DNA from: a virus
Lineage: Duplodnaviria > Caudoviricetes
Length of the DNA: 64,000 nt
Direction: 5' to 3' (one strand)
IMG/VR virus record: IMGVR_UViG_2541047088_000004
Span: 1,312-65,311 of that record
Each line of letters begins with the position of its first letter. Position 1 is the first letter of the stretch. Made by a program: the position numbers and the translations under genes. The notes under the pieces are model-generated. The model had not been told where the DNA came from, did no database searches, and was given only the letters and a program-made list of their open reading frames with translations. Positions 47,849 through 55,247 of the stretch are shown piece by piece.

Positions 47849-48374
47849 TCTTCTTACCCCCGCTTAGCAGTATTAATTCCATTGGATCGTTTACCTCCTG
47901 CTGATTACTGTCGCTGACTATTCTGCTTCTTGCAGACGGTGTAAGTCCAAATTGCTCACAGAATTTGTTCATTATTTTTAAATATGTCTGGGCGATGGAT
48001 ACCTGTGGCACCTGCTGCCAGTACCCTGAAGGGGTTTTTACTATTGTTCCGTGCTTTGATATAAATTCTTCGGCTTCCTTCCATCTTGCATATGCCTGGC
48101 AATAGCCTGCAAAGACTGCCATATCCACCTCTGTCAATATTCCAAGCTGCTCAAGTTGCTTTGCTGTTCTTTTCCATTCCTTTTTCGCTTCATTGTCCAG
48201 CCACATTGGGCATTTGGGTGCCTTTCTTTTTGGTTTGGGCTCTTTTTTATTCAATTCCCGTTTACCGGGGTTTCCCTCAAGCTCTTTTATTGCCGTGGGT
48301 ATTGGCTTTCGCCCTCTCTGTGCCATAGATATCACCTCCATTCTGAAAAGTATCTTGTATGGAAAATTCCCCAC
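47841..48374 (-). CDS. terS: Terminase small subunit, P27 family
   Basis: RGRKP.PT..K.L.GNPGKR...YC.AYA.W...FGLTPSARSR; true start MAQRG at 48326. Confidence 0.92.
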   Translation of the reverse strand: MGNFPYKILFRMEVISMAQRGRKPIPTAIKELEGNPGKRELNKKEPKPKRKAPKCPMWLDNEAKKEWKRTAKQLEQLGILTEVDMAVFAGYCQAYARWKEAEEFISKHGTIVKTPSGYWQQVPQVSIAQTYLKIMNKFCEQFGLTPSARSRIVSDSNQQEVNDPMELILLSGGKKSV

Positions 48375-48420
48375 AAGAAAAGGGCCTACCTAAGTAAGCC
48401 CCTCAAATGTATTTATATAT

Positions 48421-48909
48421 TTATCTGGTAAATGTAAACCGACTATTTTCTAGTTCAGTTACCTCCCGGTTGTTTTCAGCAATAGCTTCTCTAAGTGTCC
48501 GTAGCAGAATTTTATTATCTCGATACCCTTTCCATATAACATCAAGATAGTAGCTCGAAGGCTGTGCCGGAAGTTCTTCGTATTGCTTTGCCATCACATA
48601 CACCATTGCTTGTATATTTCCGTCTTTTGTTTCTACCTCAACTTCTTTTTTTACATACAGCCTTGGATACCCTTCGTATATATCCAGTGCCTTTTCACAA
48701 TCCGGGGTTATCTCCCACAAAACTATGGGTACTGTTCTGCCTTGCATTTTTTCTATGTTTGCTACTCCGGTGTTTATTCCTCTGAAGGTCAGCCTGTAAT
48801 TCAGAAGCTTTCCTGTTCCTATTACCCTGGCATTGGGACACCTTCTACGCATTTGTTCAATGTTCATGTTTGAACCGTAGGCCCCATATATTTTTGTTGT
48901 TTTCTTCAT
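48421..48909 (-). CDS. Gamma-glutamylcyclotransferase (AIG2-like) family protein
   Basis: YGAYGSNM...M..RCP.A...LD.YEGYP.LY motifs. Confidence 0.88.
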   Translation of the reverse strand: MKKTTKIYGAYGSNMNIEQMRRRCPNARVIGTGKLLNYRLTFRGINTGVANIEKMQGRTVPIVLWEITPDCEKALDIYEGYPRLYVKKEVEVETKDGNIQAMVYVMAKQYEELPAQPSSYYLDVIWKGYRDNKILLRTLREAIAENNREVTELENSRFTFTR

Positions 48910-48988
48910 TGTATCTTTTCTCCTTGTTGTTTGAAGTGAGGGCCATTCCTGCCCTCACAAGCCTTTTTTATCTATTCCTTTATCACCT

Positions 48989-49975
48989 TCAAGCTGCATT
49001 TCGCCAAGCCGAGTTTCCTTGTAGGTTTGTAAGTAAGTGAAGCCTGCAGGTTTCAAATTCCTCTCCGATAAGCCCCAACCTCAGCATCCAGCATCTAAAG
49101 GTGTACTTTTCATTATCTGTTTGGGTCCTTTTTGCACTTGCCGACTTTTGTGTGATTGCCTGATGGCTTATTGCCAGACAAAACTGTATGTATGCTTTAA
49201 TCTTTCCGGCATGGGTTGTCCCATTGAAAAGCCTGAACTCGACTGTTCCCTTGTCAAAAACGCTGTGAAGGTTAAGCCCGTGGTATCTGCTGTTGTGGTA
49301 GTGTCTGTTTCTGTTTTCGTAACCGTAGCCTGCATACCAAATGTCTGCCAAAGCCTCCAGAGTCTTTGGTTTCTTCTTGTTAATGGTGGTTATAAGGTCT
49401 TCGTTAACCTTTTTGCAGTATCTGAGTCTGGCAGGGTCTATTTCAAGACTTTTATAAAGTAAGTCTTCTTTGCTTGCCATCAGGTTTATCAAGTTTTTCA
49501 GGCTTGTGGGAGTGTGTTTTTCTGCATCAACATGTATGTGAATCCCGCATTGATATTTGCTTTCACTTAATGCTCCAGCATGTCTTAGCTGTCTTACAAG
49601 TTCCTGAAGGGTTCCAATATCCGCGTAGGTTAGAATCGGGCTGACCAACTTTACGCTGTATTCTCTTGTTGCCGAAACTATTTGGCCCTTTACCTTTTTG
49701 CTTGCTATGATGCTTGCATCGCTTACAAATTTCCAACTCCGTCCGTCTGGCATTGTAACTCTGTATTCATCGTATGTACCACCATGGTATTCAAGCTTTG
49801 CTCTCTCTCCGAAAAACCTTGTTGCAACCTCAGCAGCCTTTGCTCTTGTTATCCCTGTCATTTCAATTTCGATCCCAAATCTCTGTGTTTTCATTTTACC
49901 CCGCCCCTCCCAAAGTAAATATTTTCCTTTTGTTAGTGTACATATTAGCTCTGAAAGAGGCTTATATCCAGTCAT
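48989..49975 (-). CDS. Amidoligase_2 (COOH-NH2 ligase) family protein
   Basis: FGIEIE, W..VSDASI, LVSPIL, CGIHIHV, RYHGLNL, TVEFRLFNGT; true start probably MKTQRFG at 49894. Confidence 0.88.
   Translation of the reverse strand: MTGYKPLSELICTLTKGKYLLWEGRGKMKTQRFGIEIEMTGITRAKAAEVATRFFGERAKLEYHGGTYDEYRVTMPDGRSWKFVSDASIIASKKVKGQIVSATREYSVKLVSPILTYADIGTLQELVRQLRHAGALSESKYQCGIHIHVDAEKHTPTSLKNLINLMASKEDLLYKSLEIDPARLRYCKKVNEDLITTINKKKPKTLEALADIWYAGYGYENRNRHYHNSRYHGLNLHSVFDKGTVEFRLFNGTTHAGKIKAYIQFCLAISHQAITQKSASAKRTQTDNEKYTFRCWMLRLGLIGEEFETCRLHLLTNLQGNSAWRNAA
49942..49970 (-). promoter_or_regulatory. Putative promoter of the amidoligase-GGCT pair
   Basis: TGGATA-17-TAATAT; shares ACATATTAGCTCTGAAAG with 28800-28817. 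Confidence 0.5.
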
Positions 49976-50030
49976 TTAGAGGGATTATATCAACAAAAAG
50001 CACAGCTCTTTATTGTTGATTTTTCACGTT

Positions 50031-50786
50031 TCATGAAAAATATTCTCCGGCGGTTTTTGTGTTTCTAAATGCTCCATTGCCACTAAGGTTTTGAAGAATT
50101 ACTTCTCTTGCTTTTTTATATTCCTTACCCTTAAGCCCAAGCCTAATTAGCCAAGTTCTCATTGTAAACTTCTCATTGTCGGTGTCTGTGGCCTTGGGTA
50201 ACGCGTATTTTAATTCCTTGGCACTGTTACTCAGAAGGGATACAAAATATGTGTACGCTTGGAGTTTGTGAGGTTCTTGTAGGTTACCTGCGAATTTGAA
50301 GGTTATATTTCTATTGTTAAAATCAAATTCTAACCCTCTGCAGCAACCTTGTCCGTGATCGTGTAATGCCTTTTGAAAATCCTCCAAGGTTTGAATCTCA
50401 GTTTTGTTTATGTTTGAGATAAAATCCGTGCTCACAATATCCGTTTCTGCATCAAAGGCTTTCTTTATAAGAATCTGCTTACTGTAAATCATATTTACAA
50501 GGTTTCTTAAGGTCACACCCGTATGGCCCTCCATTGGGAGCGCCACTTCTAATTCCAGTATTTCGGTTTCATTTACAGCCTCATTTACGGCTGTCATTTT
50601 CGGCCCATTGAGTAGTCTTTCAAGTTCAACCACCGTACCATCTTCTGTTGTTATCCTCCCGACTCTGTCAATCATTAGGATTTCTTCTGGCCCTTCTATC
50701 TGATAAGCAAAGCTTGGTGCTCCCATGTATTTTGCTTTAACTTCAAAGTGTTTCTCTAATGCTTTTATAATCTCTTTTCTATCCAT
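50031..50786 (-). CDS. Conserved phage protein (amidoligase-associated, often labelled virulence-related)
   Basis: Y.GAPSFAY, TLRNLVNMIYSKQ, NEKFTMRTWLIRLG..G.EYK.AR..L.NL.GN.AF; C-terminus resembles that of the amidoligase. Confidence 0.75.
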   Translation of the reverse strand: MDRKEIIKALEKHFEVKAKYMGAPSFAYQIEGPEEILMIDRVGRITTEDGTVVELERLLNGPKMTAVNEAVNETEILELEVALPMEGHTGVTLRNLVNMIYSKQILIKKAFDAETDIVSTDFISNINKTEIQTLEDFQKALHDHGQGCCRGLEFDFNNRNITFKFAGNLQEPHKLQAYTYFVSLLSNSAKELKYALPKATDTDNEKFTMRTWLIRLGLKGKEYKKAREVILQNLSGNGAFRNTKTAGEYFS

Positions 50787-50874
50787 GAGTGACCTCCTGT
50801 AATTTTTGTTATTACATATATCACTCTAAAGTACAGGATTAGCAAGTATTATACAGAGGAAAGCCGAGCTTATT

Positions 50875-52122
50875 TTACTCAACGCTATTATCCCTTGTGA
50901 TATCACTATATTGGGTTTTAACTCCGTCTCGTATAAGGTAAACACCGCTGTCACTTCCAACCTGTTCTATGTATCTTTTTACAATAACATCAGAATACTT
51001 TTCATCCAGCTCAATAGTGTGGCAGATACGGTTTGTCTGCTCACAAGCCATCAAGGTTGAACCGCTTCCACCAAAGGGGTCAAGAACTATGCAGTTGCTC
51101 ATGCTGCTGTTTGTTATAGGGTAAGCACACAGTGCAATGGGCTTCATTGTCGGATGCAAATCATTCTTCGATGGCCTGTCAAAGTTCCATATGGTACTCT
51201 GCTTTCTGTCTCCGTACCAGTTGTGTTTGCCGTCCTTCTTCCATCCGAAAAGCACTGGCTCATGTTTCCACTGATAAGGACTCCTGCCAAGCACTAAGCT
51301 CTGCTTAGCCCAAATACACACACCTGACAAATACAAACCTGCTTCCTTGAATGCCTTTCTGAAATTTAAACCCTCTGTGTCTGCATGGAACACATATATT
51401 GATGCATCCTTTTCCATAGACTCTGCCATATTAGTGAAAGCCTTTAAGAGGAAATCGTAAAATTCCTCATTCTTTAGGTTATCATTTTGTATCTTTCCTG
51501 CCTTTGCCTCGTAAGCTACATTATACGGCGGGTCCGTTACAACAAGATTTGCTTTCTGACCATCCATCAAAACATCATATACATTCGGGTCGGTGCTGTC
51601 TCCACATACGAGCCTGTGCCTGCCAAGGAGCCAAACATCGCCTTTCTGTGTAATAGCCGGTTCTTTCAAAGCTTCCTCTACATCGAAGTCATCCTCCTTG
51701 ACTTCCTTCGAGTGTACATCATTAAAAAGCTGATCTATCTCAGGAGGGTCGAACCCGGTAAAGGATACATTGTAATCCAGCGACTGTAAGTCCTTAATCA
51801 AATCAGCCAGCAGTTCTTTATTCCATTCACCGCTGATTTTGTTAAGAGCAATATTTAAAGCCTTTTCCTTGGTCTTATCAATATCTATAATTACACAGTC
51901 TATTTCATTAAAGCCTAATGTTTTCAGTACTGATATTCTCTGATGCCCACCAATCACCGTTAAATCCTTATTTACTATAACCGGGTCAACATATCCAAAC
52001 TCATTTATGCTGTTTTTTATTTTTTCAAATTCTGAATCACCAGGTTTTAGTTTTTTCCTTGGATTATAATCAGCAGGCACTAGGGTATCTATTTTTAATT
52101 TTTTAAATTCCATCTTCCTCAT
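50875..52122 (-). CDS. DNA methyltransferase (N6/N4) with ParB-like N-terminal domain
   Basis: PADYNPRK..IGGHQR ParB part; TDPPY motif IV; HPTMKP; VLDPFGGSGST. Confidence 0.92.
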   Translation of the reverse strand: MRKMEFKKLKIDTLVPADYNPRKKLKPGDSEFEKIKNSINEFGYVDPVIVNKDLTVIGGHQRISVLKTLGFNEIDCVIIDIDKTKEKALNIALNKISGEWNKELLADLIKDLQSLDYNVSFTGFDPPEIDQLFNDVHSKEVKEDDFDVEEALKEPAITQKGDVWLLGRHRLVCGDSTDPNVYDVLMDGQKANLVVTDPPYNVAYEAKAGKIQNDNLKNEEFYDFLLKAFTNMAESMEKDASIYVFHADTEGLNFRKAFKEAGLYLSGVCIWAKQSLVLGRSPYQWKHEPVLFGWKKDGKHNWYGDRKQSTIWNFDRPSKNDLHPTMKPIALCAYPITNSSMSNCIVLDPFGGSGSTLMACEQTNRICHTIELDEKYSDVIVKRYIEQVGSDSGVYLIRDGVKTQYSDITRDNSVE

Positions 52123-52588
52123 CCTTCCAAAACCTTGATTTTATATAACAGTTGTGGCTACAATATTTTCTGTTTCGATTACCATAGCAGGTGAATTCCT
52201 TGTTACAGTTGGGACAAATGTATTTATATATGGCGGATTCTTTTTTATTCCGCTTGTCCTGGTTTTCATTCCACCATTTCCTGCGACATTCTTCAGAACA
52301 GAACCGTTTACTTCTTCCCCGCTGATTTTGAACAAGTGGCTTGCTACAGCGGGCACATATAAGATGTTGATTTATTTGCTCATTTACATTGAGTGATACA
52401 GCCTTTGAATCTCCGGCAAGACCGTTGCGCTTACAATAACCTCTGATACTGTCTCTTGAAATACCGAGTATTGCGGCAATAGCCTTGTACCCTATTCCCT
52501 TAAGCCTTAGTTCATGTATCTGCTGCTTCTCAACCTCAGTCATTCTTATATCCCTTTCTGCGTAAACAGTATTTAAAAAACAACGCAA
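52103..52588 (-). CDS. HTH plus Zn-finger protein (sigma-region-4-like regulator)
   Basis: LRLKGIGYKAIA..LGISRDSIRGYC HTH; CARC..FCSEECR; CPNC..YCSHNCY; true start probably MTEVEKQ at 52543. Confidence 0.75.
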   Translation of the reverse strand: MRCFLNTVYAERDIRMTEVEKQQIHELRLKGIGYKAIAAILGISRDSIRGYCKRNGLAGDSKAVSLNVNEQINQHLICARCSKPLVQNQRGRSKRFCSEECRRKWWNENQDKRNKKESAIYKYICPNCNKEFTCYGNRNRKYCSHNCYIKSRFWKDEEDGI

Positions 52589-52804
52589 AAAACGCTTAAA
52601 GCAACTATTTTTTATAGTCTTTTAAGCGTTTTCTTTATCATTGCTTACATGCTAAATTTATTATAAAGCCATTGATTTTTCAGGACTTTAAAGTGATTTA
52701 ATTGAAATGGGGCATTAATACCTTTTTGCAAAACGAAATATCCCATATGCCTCGTGTCCTGTGGCTTTCCATCCCTATTCTCATCTTAATTGATATCCCC
52801 CCTT

Positions 52805-52885
52805 GCTTAATTCTGCGAAAATTCGCGTCAAGGGGGGCGGCGGTTGCGGCTCTAGGGTTTGCAGAGATTTGAGGGGCCCTAGGCT
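52805..52885. other. Putative cos/packaging region
   Basis: GC-rich GGGGGGCGGCGGTTGCGG...GGGGCCCC island between HNH and the packaging genes, the usual position of cos in HNH/P27 phages. Confidence 0.4.
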
Positions 52886-52906
52886 TAATTCCTTGTTACT
52901 AATAAA

Positions 52907-53425
52907 CTACACATCTTTATAATTAAATTTAGTGTTTATATAAGATATTATGCTGTATATTCTTAGCATTTCATGGATCTCAAACTCTTCGTAATTATTA
53001 TAGACTGTGACACCTATCTTTATATCCGGCTTATGTTCCTCTAGTATTTCAATAGAACCTACATTATTTTCTTCAAACTCAATTAGCATGATGTCTTTAT
53101 TACCATCTTTTTCTTTGAGTTTCATTCCGTACATTAAATTACTTCCGATAACTTTAAACATATCATCTACAGTTTCCAAAAAAATATCAAATCTGATTTC
53201 TTGGAGTTGATTTAATATTATATCTAATGATTCTATTTTCTCTTTGTACCATTTTTGTTTCGGGTTTAAAGATTTTTCTAATGTTTTTAAATTGTTTATA
53301 ATTTCTTTAACTTCTGTTACTTCTTTCTTATTTTTTACCAACTCATCTTTTATTTTACTAATTTCATCTTTAATTTTTTTTACTAAATCAATTAACATGT
53401 CTCTCTTATCTTCCATTAGCGACAC
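52907..53425 (-). CDS. Hypothetical coiled-coil protein (AT-rich moron)
   Basis: 172-aa ORF with a K/E/I/L heptad-rich N-terminus and low GC. Confidence 0.65.
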   Translation of the reverse strand: MSLMEDKRDMLIDLVKKIKDEISKIKDELVKNKKEVTEVKEIINNLKTLEKSLNPKQKWYKEKIESLDIILNQLQEIRFDIFLETVDDMFKVIGSNLMYGMKLKEKDGNKDIMLIEFEENNVGSIEILEEHKPDIKIGVTVYNNYEEFEIHEMLRIYSIISYINTKFNYKDV

Positions 53426-53489
53426 CCCCTTTATATATGCCTATTTAGAGGGGGTGCAAAATATTACAGGTTACAACAATAAATATTCT

Positions 53490-53843
53490 TTAGAATTTAT
53501 ACTCCTGATATCTATCCTCGGTCATTGTCTTCCTATCATGACATCGCTTGCAAAGTGCCTGCCAGTTGCTCTCATCCCAAAAGAGTTCCTTATTACCTCT
53601 GTGGGGAACAATGTGGTCAACTACCGAAGCCTTTACCATCTTTTTATTCTTAAGGCAAGATACACACAAAGGGTGGCTGCTCAAGTACAGCTTTCTTGCG
53701 ATTCTCCATTTGCTGTCATAGCCTCGTTTCTCTGCACTTTCACGTTTATTAATAGTTAAGCTGCTGTGCTTATCACAATAACTTCCACTTGTAAGTTCGG
53801 GACAGCCCAGGTGCTTGCAGGGTTTTTTACATTTGTATGGCAT
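53490..53843 (-). CDS. HNH endonuclease (packaging-associated)
   Basis: RGYDSKW..AR..YL..HPLCV.C...VDHIVPHRG...NWQALCKRCH. Confidence 0.93.
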   Translation of the reverse strand: MPYKCKKPCKHLGCPELTSGSYCDKHSSLTINKRESAEKRGYDSKWRIARKLYLSSHPLCVSCLKNKKMVKASVVDHIVPHRGNKELFWDESNWQALCKRCHDRKTMTEDRYQEYKF

Positions 53844-53930
53844 TTAATCTTTTCGCCTTTAGTTGAGAAAAAGTCTTTGCAGTATACCTGCAGAGACTTT
53901 TTCTTGGAATAGTTATTTTTTCATATTACT

Positions 53931-53987
53931 ATTATATCGGATTCACTTTGGACATTTTTGGACTTTTGAAGACTTTTTTGGACTTTT
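53931..53987 (-). promoter_or_regulatory. Putative late promoter: TATAAT plus four 10-bp direct repeats
   Basis: TTGGACATTT TTGGACTTTT GAAGACTTTT TTGGACTTTT (53948-53987, plus strand) sit where a -35 box would be; -10 at 53931-53936. Confidence 0.55.
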
Positions 53988-53988
53988 A

Positions 53989-54384
53989 CTATCCAATTTC
54001 AAAAAAATCTTTATCAAGATAATATCCTAGTTTCGTTTGCCTCATATAGCACAACGCTTTGATAAAGTTACTTTTGATTGTATTCGGTAGGCAAACCTGA
54101 TTTTTTCTTTCCTTTCTTGCTTTCCTGTAAGATACACGTTCTTCTCGTATATGGGTTTTAGTTAAATATACATAGTGTACTTCTTCCTGGTCATATCTGC
54201 TATAGGCTATGTAATACTTATCTATCCACATTTGAAATTCACCATTGTCTATACGTATTGTCCTAGGTATTGCCTTATTTATATATTTTAGCAATAATTT
54301 TATTTCAGGCAGAGTTATGCCAAACCTCTGTGCTGTCTTTTCTGCATATATCATCAAGGTAAAGTCGTTCAAAGTTTTGTTCAT
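53989..54384 (-). CDS. Hypothetical protein
   Basis: 131-aa ORF coupled to the upstream regulator gene. Confidence 0.6.
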   Translation of the reverse strand: MNKTLNDFTLMIYAEKTAQRFGITLPEIKLLLKYINKAIPRTIRIDNGEFQMWIDKYYIAYSRYDQEEVHYVYLTKTHIREERVSYRKARKERKNQVCLPNTIKSNFIKALCYMRQTKLGYYLDKDFFEIG

Positions 54385-54806
54385 TACACTTTACCTCCCA
54401 GCATTACTTTTTCCATAGCTTTTAAAGCTCGATTATGTATTTTGTAAATGTATGAGGTTCTGTAATTCATTTTTGCGGCGATTTCTTCCCATGTATTAAA
54501 GCACAAATACCTTAGTTCCAACAATATTCTGTTTTCAAAGTTGTCCAGTTTTTGAATGTTACTTGAGATTTCTACTTTTAAATCTATGAATCTGTCAATG
54601 GTTCTATTTATTTCATCTTCTGCCACTACTATTTTGATTATGGCATTTTCCATTGGACTTTTTTCTTTAGTACAGGATACTCTTTCTTTGCCAAAGGAAG
54701 ATGTTATTTTAGAAGTCAATGCCTTCAGCTGCTCCAATTGTTCCAATTGGTTATTTATTCTTAAATTCATTCTATAGGCTTGTCCTAAATATGTTTTAGC
54801 GTTCAT
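54384..54806 (-). CDS. ArpU/RinA-like late transcriptional activator
   Basis: AK.YL.QAY....RI...LEQ...LLELRYL...WEEIA..MNY...Y.YK.H.RAL. Confidence 0.8.
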   Translation of the reverse strand: MNAKTYLGQAYRMNLRINNQLEQLEQLKALTSKITSSFGKERVSCTKEKSPMENAIIKIVVAEDEINRTIDRFIDLKVEISSNIQKLDNFENRILLELRYLCFNTWEEIAAKMNYRTSYIYKIHNRALKAMEKVMLGGKV

Positions 54807-55095
54807 AAGCGCACTCCTTCAGGTTTTCAAGTATTATTTTTACTTCCAGAACACTTGTAACCTTGTAGGCTTTGCCCTTTGCTTCATTGATTTTTTTAAT
54901 CGTTGCTTCCTGCAGCTTTGTTAGTTTTCCCGATGCTGTTTTTACTTCAAAGGCCACAAACTTGCCTCCAATACAGCAAATGATATCAGGAATGCCAGCT
55001 GTTCCGTACATGCCGCCGTGTTCATTCCAACAGAAGCAATCTGGCACAGTCTTTAAGTAATTTATTATTGCATTTGTTATTTGTTTTTCTGCCAT
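54796..55095 (-). CDS. VRR-NUC domain nuclease
   Basis: EK.IT..I..YL...GIPDII.CI.G.FVAFEVK...G..T.LQ. Confidence 0.9.
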   Translation of the reverse strand: MAEKQITNAIINYLKTVPDCFCWNEHGGMYGTAGIPDIICCIGGKFVAFEVKTASGKLTKLQEATIKKINEAKGKAYKVTSVLEVKIILENLKECAYER

Positions 55096-55124
55096 AGCTT
55101 TTTAACAGAACCGTCAATACCGGG

Positions 55125-55234
55125 ATGACCGGGTATTATTATACTCTTTATATATCTTTCTTTTTTTCTTCTATATATATCTTATTTTCACTTTTAACGC
55201 TAAGAAATAAGAAAAAGTCGGTTTTCCCGGTCAT
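55125..55234. other. Putative replication origin
   Basis: ATGACCGGG / CCCGGTCAT inverted repeat flanking a very AT-rich core directly after the primase gene. Confidence 0.35.
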
Positions 55235-55247
55235 GTTGGTCATATAA

